From Mobula hypostoma (lineage: Eukaryota), in assembly GCF_963921235.1 (NCBI RefSeq), contig NC_086097.1, positions 125,490,001 to 125,554,000 on the forward strand: 64,000 bases of DNA. Reading direction: 5' to 3'. The position numbers and the translations under genes are program-made. Each line of letters starts with the position of its first letter. The first letter of the stretch is position 1. Below the pieces are notes generated by a model. The model was not told the origin of the DNA. It saw nothing but the letters and a program-made list of their open reading frames with translations, and searched no databases. This document shows, piece after piece, positions 1 to 11,451 of this stretch.

Positions 1-75
1 GGTGGGATTTGAACTCAAGCCTGAGGAGCAACAGTCCAGAATTCGGGTTGCTGGAAATTAACTACCACACTGCTC
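1..75 (-). mobile_element. tRNA-derived SINE head, cut by the window edge
   Basis: Reverse complement has an A-box-like TGGTAGTTAA and a B-box GAGTTCAAATCCC, with no cloverleaf. Confidence 0.4.
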
Positions 76-416
76 ATATTCCTGCTATACATAAAAAGAC
101 AATAAAAATTAAAGTGTTTGTTTTCACAGATAGAAACTGATTTTAGGCAAACTGGCATTTTGAAATCTAAGAATTAAAGATTGTTAACTAAAGGAATGGA
201 TGGAGCTATGAGGTTAGATATATGGAAGTTAATGGAGTTAGATTGTGTGTCGAATGGTGGAGCAGACTTAAGTAGTAAACGGTATTCTCCTCTTCCAATT
301 TCCTATATTCATGAGACAAAATCTTGGCTCAGAGACCAAATTGTCCAAATGTGAACTAATCAAAAGACAATGCTGTTAACAGGACCGATTGTAAAAGTGC
401 CTCACCAATATCAAAA

Positions 417-826
417 CCTCCTAGAGGACCACAGCCTTGCTGTAGGGTTTGGAGGCTTGCGTGTCTCAATGACTTGGAGTGCTACGTTGGCTGGAGTCAG
501 GGCTTTATGCTTTGGGTCACCCATGCCAAACAGATCAAAGGGTAGAGGCCAGACTAAGGGTGGTCCACTGGTTCTCCGGGTTCGGGGGCTCAGCTCAAGG
601 CCAACAACCCTGACTGGTAAAACAAAACTGTAACGGAAACAGTTATGAAGAATCCTTCTACACCTGAGTGTGACGGCATTCCTGAGTCTCTACTCAGGAC
701 TTGCATGGTTGACAGTAATGAAAACCGAGAGGAAGCTACTGGCATGAGGAAGGAAGCCCTGAACAACGCTGGTGATGGAGGACCATCTTTGCTGCTCTAA
801 ACGCCAGTGGTGTAAAGGGGAGTAAG
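417..826 (+). mobile_element. Non-autonomous RTE-derived element (5' UTR fused to 3' tail)
   Basis: GGACCACAGCCTTG..CTCAATGA..GTGGTCCACTGG resembles the RTE/BovB 5' UTR. It ends in an AGTAAG tail, has degenerate flanking repeats CAATATCAAAA / CAATAATCAGAA and no RT ORF. Confidence 0.6.
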
Positions 827-1037
827 CAATAATCAGAAAAAAACAACAAGAACCATTAATTCAGACTATATGCAGTCACATAATTTCTTCAGGTTGTAGT
901 GTGGCTTTTTGTAGCTCTCTCATATGTATTGGAATTGTTTACATATTATAATGTGAAAAAGTGCTGTACTTATAGACTGTTAAGGTAAGGGTCCCATTCA
1001 ATATATCAAGCTTCTTAAAAGTTAGTGCAACCACTAT

Positions 1038-1890
1038 CAAGATGGCACTGAGCTTCAACTTTCACTGAGTTGGAGCTCAAATGCAGTTGTTTAATTTTAG
1101 TTGTTCTTAAGGTTCATAAGTATGGTTTTGGGGACAGATACACGGGTTAGGTGTCAGGTTAGGGTTTAGGGATAGGGATGTAGGGGATTTAGAGGTTATG
1201 CCGGAGTTCCATATTCAAAGACAGAGACATGGGGCAACTGTGGTCGAACGATGGACATTGGACCAGCAGAGAGTGAATGAGAGTCCTCCCCAATGCCCCC
1301 CCCACCAGGTAAGTGAGTTGTCAGTGGGTTCTAGTGTTGGAGTTATGAGTGGGCAGGAGAAATGAGTTCCGATGACCCTCCTGGGTTTGTGAATCAGTGA
1401 CACTGGAGTTTGAAGCCCCATGTTCGGAGTCCCATCATCATTGAATCCAGAGTTCTAGACCTAGTGTTCAGTGATTGACGTGTCCTGGATTCGATGCCAA
1501 GGGTCAGATCTGAAGTCCAGAAATCCAGGCCCAGTGACCAAAGCTGACTCTGCAAATCTCTGTGAGTCTGCTAGGGAGGTCAAAGGTTGCTGTCTGCAAG
1601 CCCATCTGCCAGAGGCTGCAAGCTTGAGGCCTGTCTTGGGAATTAAAGGACTGTGTATGTGCATGGATGAGAGGAAGGGATGGGGCTTGTTTTTACTGAT
1701 GTTATTTTGTTGCTTGTTCTGTTCGGTACTGTTCTGCTGAGCAATGTGGGCATGCTATGTTGGCGCCAGAATGTGTGGCAACACTCGCGGGCTGCCCCAG
1801 CACACCCTCGGATGTGATGGTTGTCAACCCAAATGATACATTTCACTGTATGCTTCAATGTACGCGTTATAAATAAACTTGAATCTTGAA
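1038..1890 (+). mobile_element. Non-coding interspersed retroelement, copy 1 (CAAGATGG head, Rex1-like tail)
   Basis: Collinear with 49719-50570 from head to tail; ends AATAAACTTGAATCTTGAA. Confidence 0.65.
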
Positions 1891-2694
1891 TTGCTTTATA
1901 AATTTTACTAAGTATTTTGTTGTGAGAGTTTGGAAAGATGTTTTTAAATGTGCCTTAGAAAGGAAATTATTTAGTTGATTCAGTTTGCTCCTGAAAAGTT
2001 CCTCAAACTTTGGTAGATTAATAATTGCCTTGCACATACCCAGACACTGCTGTGCTCAGAGCAGTTGCCTGCCAATAGCTATAATCTACAGAGTCTGCTG
2101 ATGTTGGAATAACATTTGCTGGAAAGTTTCCTCAGCACTCAATATTGCCCCACAGCAGATTTTGCAGAAAATTACAATATAGATTCCTCAAGCTGTTGCT
2201 CAGCACACACCCACACACACGCACACTACACGAAGTTCTCAAAGCAAGTGAAACTTGGAAAAGCTGGCTTCAATAGGGCAGTCAGGAGTTCCTTTATGGC
2301 AAGGACGAGGAGAGCAGTGAGGGGGAGCATCAACCATCCAGCCACAGTTACTATCGTTACTTGTCATCTCAGTTCACTGCATGTGACCTTAAAGCATCAC
2401 CACTGACACTCTCACTGCCCTGATTTCCATGAAAATAAAGCTTGCCCCTGGTCTATTTTCCCTGCTTTCTCTGCCCTGAAATACTGCTCCACCTCACCAT
2501 GACAATCAGCATTAACTTGACACTGCCGAGTAGAAGCGCCAAGATGCATCATTTTTCATCATTATTCCCATTTCCACAGTAGAAAATGATCAGCCTTTGG
2601 CCAGGGCACTCTGAATAACCACACCATAGTGCTTCAATTGTAAAATCTGATGAAGTGCCATTGTGAGTACCCTTGCCATGAACATTCATTGTAG

Positions 2695-3070
2695 TAACAC
2701 ATACAAAATGCCGGAAGAAACCAGCATTTCAGGCAGTATCTATGGGACGGAATAAACAGTCAATATTTCAGACAGAGACCCTTTATCAGGACTGGTAAGG
2801 CAGGGGAAGAGGTCAGAATAGGAAGGTTGGGGGGTGAGAGAGGAGTACAAGCTGGCAGATGATGGGTGAAACCAGGTGAGGGGGGAGGTGGGTGGGTTGG
2901 AGAGGGGGGCATGAAGTGAGAAGTTGGGAGGTAATAGGCGGAAGAAATGAAGGCCTGGAAAAGAAGGAATCTTAAAGGAGAGGAGAGTGAACCATGAGAA
3001 AAAGGGAAGGAGAAGGGGCACCAGGACCAGCACCACAACTCAGCAACACATACAAAATGCTGGAGGAAGT
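2695..3070 (-). mobile_element. Penelope-like element (PLE) pLTR fragment with a decayed hammerhead
   Basis: Similar to the 3' end of the PLE at 37144-37536. Confidence 0.7.
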
Positions 3071-3486
3071 CAACTCACTAAAACTTATCTATACCGAGGT
3101 ATGTATTTTGAAATGGCCAAGGAACTTGGCAGTTTTAAGTTTCTGTAGACAAGAACCGTCTTGACATTGAAGGTTTTAGTGCTTTCCCTTCATTCTATTA
3201 CACAAGCAAGAATGAACAGAAGCAAAGGGAGGCTACAGATTCCAAAGGCACACTGTCCAGACTGGTTGCTATGGTGATAATCTACATCTAGCTACCAGGC
3301 ATGACTGAAGAGTTGTGTAGCCAGTAGTTTAGTAAGGAGAGTGTGTCATCTGGCTAAGGAAAACTTGTGAAAATATAGACTTACAGCTGTTAGGTTGTAA
3401 AATAATTCCTCTATCTTCTTCTGCACTTGCAAAACTTATGCCACATTTCCGTCTATACACAGCAGTACTGATTAATGTTTTATTCA

Positions 3487-4180
3487 TTCCCCTTGACCTT
3501 ACCTACCACCCCAGGAGCCTCTACATCCATCATATCACTCTCTGCAACTGCCGCCATATTCAACTAAACACATATTTTCATCCCTTCACTCTCCACTTTC
3601 CACCTTCCACAGGGATTACTCTTTTCATGATTTCCTTGTCCACTCGGCACTCCCCACTGATCTCCCTCCTGGCACTTACCCCTGCAAATAGGCTAAGTAC
3701 TGCACCTGACCATTCACCTCCTCCCTCACCACTGTTCAGGGCCTCAAACAGTTCTTCCAGGTGAGGCACCACTTCACCTCCAAGTCTGTCAGGGTCATCT
3801 ACTATATCTGGTGCTCCCACTGTGGCCTCCTCTACATCGGGGAGACCTGACAAGGATTGGGGGACTGCTTCATCGAGTATCTTCACTTTGTCTGCCACAG
3901 CAGGCAGGATTTCCTGGTGGCCAACCACTTTAATTCCACTCTTATGCCCATTTCATTGGTCCATGGCCTCCTCTACTGCTGCGATGAGGCCACTGTCAGG
4001 TTGAAGATGCAGCACCTCATATTCCGTCAGGGTAGTCTCAAACCTGAGAGCATGAACAGTGAATTTTCTAACTTCCAGTAATTTCTTCCCCCTCAGCCCT
4101 CTCTCTTTTTCAATCCACATTCTGGATCCCCTCCCCCTTATCTTTTCTCTTCTCCTCACCGGCCTACCACCTCTCTCAGA
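3487..4180 (+). pseudogene. Decayed PLE GIY-YIG endonuclease and 3' region
   Basis: Frameshifted homology to the C-terminus of ORF 37537-38898 (LLYIGE, VANHFNS, LKPESMN). Confidence 0.8.
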
Positions 4181-4489
4181 TGATGCAGAGTTAATCAGTG
4201 TTTCCTTCTTCAGTCAAGGGCAAACTTGTGTATCTGTCATCATCTAGAAAATTATGAAGTATATCGTGTATCTGTATTTTAACAGATAAAAATGCTTCAC
4301 TGTGTGGGGCTTAGCTAAGCACAAACTGGCAGGCTGTACATTTATAACTTTGTAAAGTTCTTCCTGAGGCTGTGGATAAACCCACACCCTTCTTTCTAAT
4401 ATACTTGCTGACAGGTGGTAATGCTGTGTACGCTACTAGATGAGAACACAGCGAAATCTACCAGGGTATCATATGGATAGTCCAAGTAC

Positions 4490-4860
4490 CTACAAGGATA
4501 TTGAGCACATCTACAAGAGGCACTGCCACAAGAAAACAGCATCCATCATCGAAGACCCCGGCCATCTAAGCCATGTTCTCTTTTCGCTGCTGCTATTGTA
4601 AAGGAGGTACAGGAGCCAAGGACACACACCACCAGGTTCAGGAACAGTTTTACCCTACAATCATCAGGCTCCTGAACCTTCACTCACCTCAACTCTGAAA
4701 TGATTTCACAACTTACAGACTCACTTTCAAGGACCCTAAAGCCCATGTTCTCAGAGTAGATGATTTACTTATTGAGTTGTTATTATTGTTTTTTTGTATC
4801 TGCACAGTTTATCTTATTTTGTACAATGGTTATTTGTCAGTCTTCATGTGTAGTTTTAGA
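4490..4860 (+). mobile_element. Rex1/Babar-type LINE 3' fragment
   Basis: Decayed IIEDP..LFSLL..RRYRS..TTRFRNS motif plus the 3' UTR shared with other copies in the window. Confidence 0.65.
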
Positions 4861-5180
4861 ACAATGTAGATGCTCAGCTGAAATAACGTGGGCAACACCT
4901 TGGTGAAGGAGCTGCTATTGCAGGCCGGCGGCTGGAAGAATCTAGGTACAATCCTCACTTCGGGTGTGGAGTTTGCAATGTTTCCCTGCTCTCTTCCAAC
5001 ATCCCAAAGATATACTAGTAGATTGCTATAATTTACCCACTGGTGTAGAATCAAAGAGGTTAATAAGCACTCAAGAGACAAATTGTATGGATATGGAACG
5101 GTTAACATATGGGAGCACTTGTTGGTGAGATTACATGAATAACCACATGGGATAAGTACATGGATGGAAGCGGTATGGCA

Positions 5181-6568
5181 GACTATGGTCCAGGTGTGGG
5201 CCGATGGGAGGGGTGTGACAGACTATGGTCCAGGTGTGGGTCAATGGGAGGTGTGTGACAGACTATGGTCCAGGTGTGGGCCGATGGGAGGGGTGTGACA
5301 GACTATGGTCCAGGTGTGGGTCGATGGGAGGTGTGTGACAGACTATGGTCCAGGTGTGGGTCGAAGGGAGGGGTGTGACAGACTATGGTCCAGGTGTGGG
5401 TCGATGGGAGGTGTGTGACAGACTATGGTCCAGGTGTGGGCCGATGGGAGGGGTGTGACAGACTATGGTCCAGGTGTGGGTCGATGGGAGGGGTGTGACA
5501 GACTATGGTCCAGGTGTGGGTCGATGGGAGGGGTGTGACAGACTATGGTCCAGGTGTGGGCCGATGGGAGGGGTGTGACAGACTATGGTCCAGGTGTGGG
5601 TCGATGGGAGGTGTGTGACAGACTATGGTCCAGGTGTGGGCCGATGGGAGGGGTGTGACAGACTATGGTCCAGGTGTGGGCCGATGGGAGGTGTGTGACA
5701 GACTATGGTCCAGGTGTGGGTCGATGGGAGGGGTGTGACAGACTATGGTCCAGGTGTGGGCCGATGGGAGGTGTGTGACAGACTATGGTCCAGGTGTGGG
5801 TCGAAGGGAGGGGTGTGACAGACTATGGTCCAGGTGTGGGTCGATGGGAGGTGTGTGACAGACTATGGTCCAGGTGTGGGTCGAAGGGAGGGGTGTGACA
5901 GACTATGGTCCAGGTGTGGGCCGATGGGAGGGGTGTGACAGACTATGGTCCAGGTGTGGGTCGATGGGAGGTGTGTGACAGACTATGGTCCAGGTGTGGG
6001 CCGATGGGAGGGGTGTGACAGACTATGGTCCAGGTGTGGGCCGATGGGAAGTGTGTGACAGACTATGGTCCAGGTGTGGGCCGATGGGAGGGGTGTGACA
6101 GACTATGGTCCAGGTGTCGGTCGATGGGAGGGGTGTGACAGGCTATGGTCCAGGTGTGGGCCGATGGGAGGTGTGTGACAGACTATGGTCCAGGTGTGGG
6201 TCGATGGGAGGGGTGTGACAGACTATGGCCCAGGTGTGGGTCGATGGGAGGTGTGTGACAGGCTATGGTCCAGGTGTGGGTCGATGGGAGGTGTATGACA
6301 GGCTATGGTCCAGGTGTGGGTCGATGGGAGGGGTGTGGCAGACCTTGGTCCAGGTGTGGGTCGAAGGGAGGGGTGTGACAGACTATGGTCCAGGTGTGGG
6401 TCGATGGGAGGTGTGTGATAGGCTATGGTCCAGGTGTGGGCCGATGGGAGGGGTGTGACAGACTATGGTCCAGGTGTGGGTCGATGGGAGGTGTGTGACA
6501 GACTATGGTCCAGGTGTGGGTCGATGGGAGGTGTGTGACATGCTATGGTCCAGGTGTCGGTCGATGGG
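5181..6568 (+). repeat. 40-bp minisatellite, about 35 units, embedded in a CR1 3' end
   Basis: Unit GACTATGGTCCAGGTGTGGG(T/C)CGATGGGAGG(G/T)GTGTGACA in perfect 40-nt register. Flanks 5150-5180 and 6569-6650 match the CR1 3' end at 16985-17110. Confidence 0.98.
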
Positions 6569-6647
6569 TCTGGGCAGAATAGTAGTTCAGCAGAAACTAG
6601 ATAGGCTGAAGGGCCTGTTTCTGTACTGTAGTGCTTTGTTATTTTAT

Positions 6648-7127
6648 GAATGATTCAGGAGTGAAAGGTTTAACATATGAGAGCATTTGATGGCTCTGGC
6701 CCTGTCATCACAGGAGTTTAGAAGAATGAATGTGGTGTTATCTAATTGAAACCTACTGAATATTGAAAGACCTAGATAGAGTAGATGTAGAAAGGTTATT
6801 TCCAATAATGGGTGAATCTAGGACCAGAGAGCACAGCCTCAGCGTACATGGGCATCCCTTCAGAACAAAGAAAAGGAGGAATTTCTTGAGCCAGAGGGTC
6901 GTAAATCTGTGGAATTCATTGCCACAGACAGCTGTGGAGCTCAGGTCATTGAGTACACTTAAAGTGGAGGTTGATAGATTCTTGATTAGTCCAGGCGTCT
7001 GAGGTATAGTGGAGAAGTCAGAAGAATGGGGTTGAGAGAGGTAATAAATCATCCATGAATGAATGTCAGAGCTAACTCAATAGGCCCAATAATCTAATTC
7101 TTGCTTTTACTGTATGTCTTATGGTTA
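6648..7127 (+). mobile_element. CR1 LINE 3' fragment
   Basis: LDRVDVERLFP..SRTREHSL..FLSQRVVNLWNSLP, the CR1 ORF2 C-terminus, followed by the CR1 3' UTR. Confidence 0.9.
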
Positions 7128-7330
7128 AATACAACAACTTTGCTGGGAGCTGGCACTGACCGGATTAGCTGATAACCACCTTCTGAGTTAGAACATATAA
7201 AGGTGATGGATAGGTGATGCATTCACTAACATGTTGCCGCACCAGTATCTGTGTCTGTTCTGCAGTTGTGTTCCTTTAAGTTCTAGCTTCTTGACCTCAT
7301 CTGTCACGTGAATTATGGCTCTGTTTTCCC

Positions 7331-7481
7331 CAGATCCCTCTGTTCTACCGCACTCAGTGCTCTACCATTCACCGTGTAAGTCCTACCCTGGTGGGTCCTC
7401 CCAAAGTGCAACACGTCACACTTGTCTGCATTAAATTCCATCCACCATTTCTCAGCCCATTTTTACAGCTAGTCCAGATCC
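7331..7481 (-). mobile_element. CR1 RT fragment, continued at 10886-10925 (host of the Gypsy insertion)
   Basis: Minus strand reads MEFNADKCDVLHFG. The sequence TCCAGATCC|CGCTGCAATCTTTG is split by the Gypsy element. Confidence 0.7.
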
Positions 7482-7897
7482 AATTCTTCCAACCTCTATT
7501 GTGGTCTGTTGTCACTCAAGATTTGTTCGAGTAAGCCGTTTCTGGCAAAGACAGTCCTCAGAGTGGAGACAGTCTTTGCTGACGTGGTTGACTTCATTGG
7601 TATAACTTTCAGCCACTTCGAACGGGCATCCACAGTAATCAGAAACATGGAGTCCATGAATGGCCCAGCAAAATCAATATGTAGTCTTTGCCACGGTGAC
7701 GACGACCACTCCCACAGGTGTAACGGTGCCTGTTAGGGTGCATTTTGAGCTTTTTGGCATCCCAGACAGTTTTTGGCCAAGTCTTCAATCTGTTGATCTA
7801 TTCCCGGCCACCACACTTCGCCCTGGGTGAGACTCTTCATCTTGTCTGTACCCGGGTGTCTTTCATGCAGATTTTCTAACATTCCAGTTCACAGTTT

Positions 7898-9135
7898 CAA
7901 TAGGTAGATTTAATGTCAGAGAAATGTATACAACATTTCATACAACAAGACCACAGTCAGTCCGTGTTGGCAGGAACATCTCTGACTCCATCACACTGAG
8001 CACTGGATCCCCACAAGGCTGCGTGCTTAGCCCATTGCTGTTTACACTGCTAACACATGACTGTGCAGCCAGATTCAAGGAGAACCTGATCATTAAATTT
8101 GCAGATGATACCACAGTGGTGGGGCTCATCAGCAAAAATGATGAAACAATGTACAAGGAGGAGGTCAAACACCTAGAGAGCTGGTGCAGGGATAACAACT
8201 TGATGCTTAATGTCACCAAAACCAAGGAGATGATCGACGATTTCAGACGGTCTCAGCCTGAGCACACATCCCTCAGCATCAGCGGCTCCACAGTGGAGAG
8301 AGTGAAAACATCAAGTTCCTTGGGGTGCAGATCTCGGACAATCTCACCTGGTCCAGGAACACCACTGGGATTGTGAAACGGGCCCAGCAGAGATTGCACT
8401 TTCTGAGGAAGCTTAAACAAGCATCACTCCCCACTAACATCTTAACTACATTCTACAGAGGCGTGGTTGAGAGTGTGCTGACCTTTTGCATCACAACCTG
8501 GTATTCCAGCTGCAGTGCTGTCGACAAAAAAGCCTTGCAGAGGGTGGTTAGGGGAGCAGAGAAGGTTATTGGGGTCTCGCTACCTTCTGTCCAAGACCTC
8601 TTTCAGAGTCGATGCCTCCAGAAGACACGGTACATCATTAAAGACCCCTCACACCCTCTCCATGAACTGTTCGTTCTTCTGCCATCAGGCAAACGTTACA
8701 GGAGCATCAAAACTAAAACCACAAGGCTACTAAACAGCTTGATTTTAACTGACATGTGGCTGTTGTGTTTTACTATTTATTGTTACGTTTATTATTTAGT
8801 GTTGCGTTTGTTATGTTATCATTGCACTGCTCCTGAGAAACGCTGTCTCATTCTGCCCTGCAGAGCTGATATACGGTTAGAACGACAATAAAGTTTTTTT
8901 GAATCTTGAAACATACATCCTGAAATTCTTTTTGTTCACAAACACCCATGAAAACAGAGCAGTGCCCCAAAGAATGAATGACAGGTAAATGTTAGAACGC
9001 CCCCCATCAGCAAAGAAACATACCTACAGTACCCCAAACACTACTTGTTCACCTGGTACTTGACAAACCACAGGCTCTTTCTCTCCCGAATAAGGGAAAA
9101 AGAGGTGTCCCCATTTCATAGTGAGAGGGGAGACA
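7898..9135 (-). mobile_element. Non-coding interspersed repeat inserted in the Gypsy pol and itself split by a Rex1 LINE
   Basis: The Gypsy reading frame VVVAS|KL is interrupted exactly here; 7898-7940 and 8911-9135 read as one repeat. Confidence 0.55.
7945..8910 (+). mobile_element. 5'-truncated Rex1/Babar LINE (RT C-terminal half, one frameshift)
   Basis: GSPQGCVLSPLLF, KFADDTTVVGLI, KRAQQRLHFLRKL, LLPSGKRYRS; tail AATAAAG..GAATCTTGAA. Confidence 0.9.
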
Positions 9136-10717
9136 TAGAGGCAACCACAACTCAAGATCCACACATCAGCGTTCTCTGACATACCAACAGTGGGTCTCGT
9201 CTCACTGAGAACTCTGGAAACATAGGGTTACAGTGAGCTGGCCATCTTTGCATGGTGATGTCATAGACTTACGACAATGTCAGGTCTTTCCTTGTATTCT
9301 TTTGTATTTCGGAATTTGTTACCAGCAACTGGTCCACCACTGCAGTGTGGAACACTTCTGCTGGGTCGCAGTATGAAGGCTTTTCTTCTTCAGTTGCCAA
9401 TAGTGGAAGACGTGACAAGCCTTGCTGTGTTGTTTGGTGCCCTTGAATTCCACGTCATGAGAGTGGGCTCCTCAGAATAGTAACTGGGTGGCAGACATCA
9501 CTGGGAATTCCCTTCCCGGGATTGCAAATGGACACAAGGGGCTGGTGATCTGTCCGTTGGGGTAGTGCTGGAACTTTTTTATTCCCCATACTAGGCTAAG
9601 GGCCTCTCGGTCAATCTGTGCACATTGCATTCTGCACCCGTCAGTGATCTTGAAGTAAACACAATTGGACGTCCAGATCCATCTTTCATAATGTATGACA
9701 AAATGGCTCCAATGGCATAGGGGATGCATCACACACCAGTCTGATGGGCAGGGATGGGTCATAATGAGTAAGCAGTTCATCTGATGTTGTTAGTCTCTCT
9801 ATTTCCTTGAACGCTTCTCCACATCTTTCTGACCATTCCCACTTTGCCCCTGTCCGCAACAGTGCATTCAACGGGTGCAGCACTGTATTCAATGTTTGGG
9901 AAAAACTGGTAGTAGTAGTTTACAAGGTCCAAGTATGACCTGAGGTGTGACATATTTTCCAGTTTGGATGCCTGTACCACTGCTTCAGTCTTCTCTTGTG
10001 ACTTATGTAGGCCATGCTTGTCAGTGGCATGTCCACAATATGAGATTTCATTCTTGAAAATCTTGGAACACTTGGTCCATTGCCCTTTGCCAAGTTGCTG
10101 GAGCTGATGCAATGCCAAAGACAAGATGATTATACTAGAACAGTCCCTTGTGAGTGTTATAATAATTGTGAGGAACTTCCTGCTTGAGTCCTCAATCTCC
10201 ATTTGCAGATAGGCTTGTGACAAGTCAATCTTTGAAAATCTCTCCACCTGCCAAAGATGCAAAAATCTCTGCTATTCATGGCAGAGAATACTGCACAGTA
10301 CACGGCACTGGGTTGATGCTCACCTTGAAATCCCCACATATGCGAATGACTCTGGCCTTTCCTTTCTTGACCACCGGGACAATGGGCATGGCCCAATCGC
10401 TCCACTCAACCTTGGAGAGAATTCCAGGCACCTGCAAGCCCTGCAGTTCAGCATCCACTTTAGGACATAATATTAAAGGAACTGGACGCGCTTTATGGAA
10501 TCTTGGTGTTGCTATTTCATCCAGTTCAATTCTGGCCTTCATGCCTTTGAGTTTACCGATACCCTTCTCAAACACCTTCTCATCAGCATTAAACAGCTGT
10601 GCAAGTCTCTGGTTAGTGCAACCATTTGGGCTGGCGTTGCCTGTTGATGTCACACTGGGAGCTTTAATTGAGTGCCAGTCTAGTTGGATTTTCCTCAACC
10701 ATTCATGTCCGGAAGGC

Positions 10718-10885
10718 TGTTGTGTCTGTGCACAACTAAATATATATTAAATAAAGGTACACATACGGGAGATGGCTTTAACTGGTGTATTCACATTGCA
10801 ACAAGAGAGTGAGAGAGGTAACAATGTGCATGCGCAGACAACAGATCAATATGTAGTGCTAAGGGGTTGTGATCCATACATTACA
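10718..10885 (-). mobile_element. Short 5' LTR of the Gypsy element
   Basis: Minus strand runs TGTAATG...ACAACA (TG..CA), 168 bp, directly upstream of the pol remnant and bounded by the CR1 host. Confidence 0.65.
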
Positions 10886-11206
10886 CCCGCTGCAATCTTT
10901 GGCAGCCCACCTTACTCTCCACTATGCTCCTAGTCTTGGTATATGCTGATCCAAATTAATCTGATATCATCTGAGGATTCAGTCCCAACCTGGAAGAGTT
11001 CTTTCATCAAGCTTCTTGTAATGTACTTAAGATCTCTCTGAATCTGTGGCCCTGGACAATGGGTGCATATCACCAAAATTAAGTGCAGGCAGACATCAGG
11101 CAATCCCCCAAAGAATCCCTTGGACAGCTTCATTGACCTTCACCATCCAACAGGTAAGTAAATTCCAAATAATGCATGAAAGTGAAACACCCATCTTGAC
11201 TGGTAG

Positions 11207-11345
11207 GCACAAGAGATTCGGTAGATGCTGGAAATCCAGAGCAACACACACAAAAATGCTGGAGAAACTCAGCAGGTCAGGCAGCATCAATGGAGAGGAA
11301 TAAACTTCCGATGTTTCAGACTGGGATCCTTCATCAGGACTTCAT
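11207..11345 (-). mobile_element. Short PLE pLTR-derived repeat with a decayed hammerhead
   Basis: Minus strand CTGATGAAGGATCCCAGTCTGAAACATC plus the conserved 3' tail; a similar copy lies at 14118-14320. Confidence 0.75.
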
Positions 11346-11451
11346 CCTAACCTATTCAACCTTTCCGTATAAATTAGGTCCTCAAGTCCTGCTAATTATC
11401 TCTCAAAACTTTCAATCTTATTGATATCATTCCTGTAGATAGGTAAATATA

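Larger units (their letters stand above)
7482..10717 (-). pseudogene. Decayed Gypsy (Mag/K02A2.6-like) pol: protease end, RT, RNase H, integrase; interrupted at 7898-9135
   Basis: WAMPIVPVVKK, RICGDFKVSIN, FSKIDLSQAYLQ, HYDPSLPIRLVCDASP, then integrase LHERHPG..WWPGID..C..CQ..WQRLHIDFAGP..SDN. Many stops and frameshifts; the YxDD region is deleted. Confidence 0.9.

Noticed and set aside
1145..1200. Interstitial telomeric array
   Set aside because: Only a few degenerate units, internal to an interspersed repeat that recurs at 49719-50570
5181..6568. CRISPR-like array or repetitive protein ORFs (6225-6653)
   Set aside because: Units are contiguous with no unique spacers, there are no cas genes and the context is eukaryotic. 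The ORFs are chance translations of the repeat
10184..10750. 188-aa plus-strand ORF
   Set aside because: Antisense to the Gypsy pol remnant
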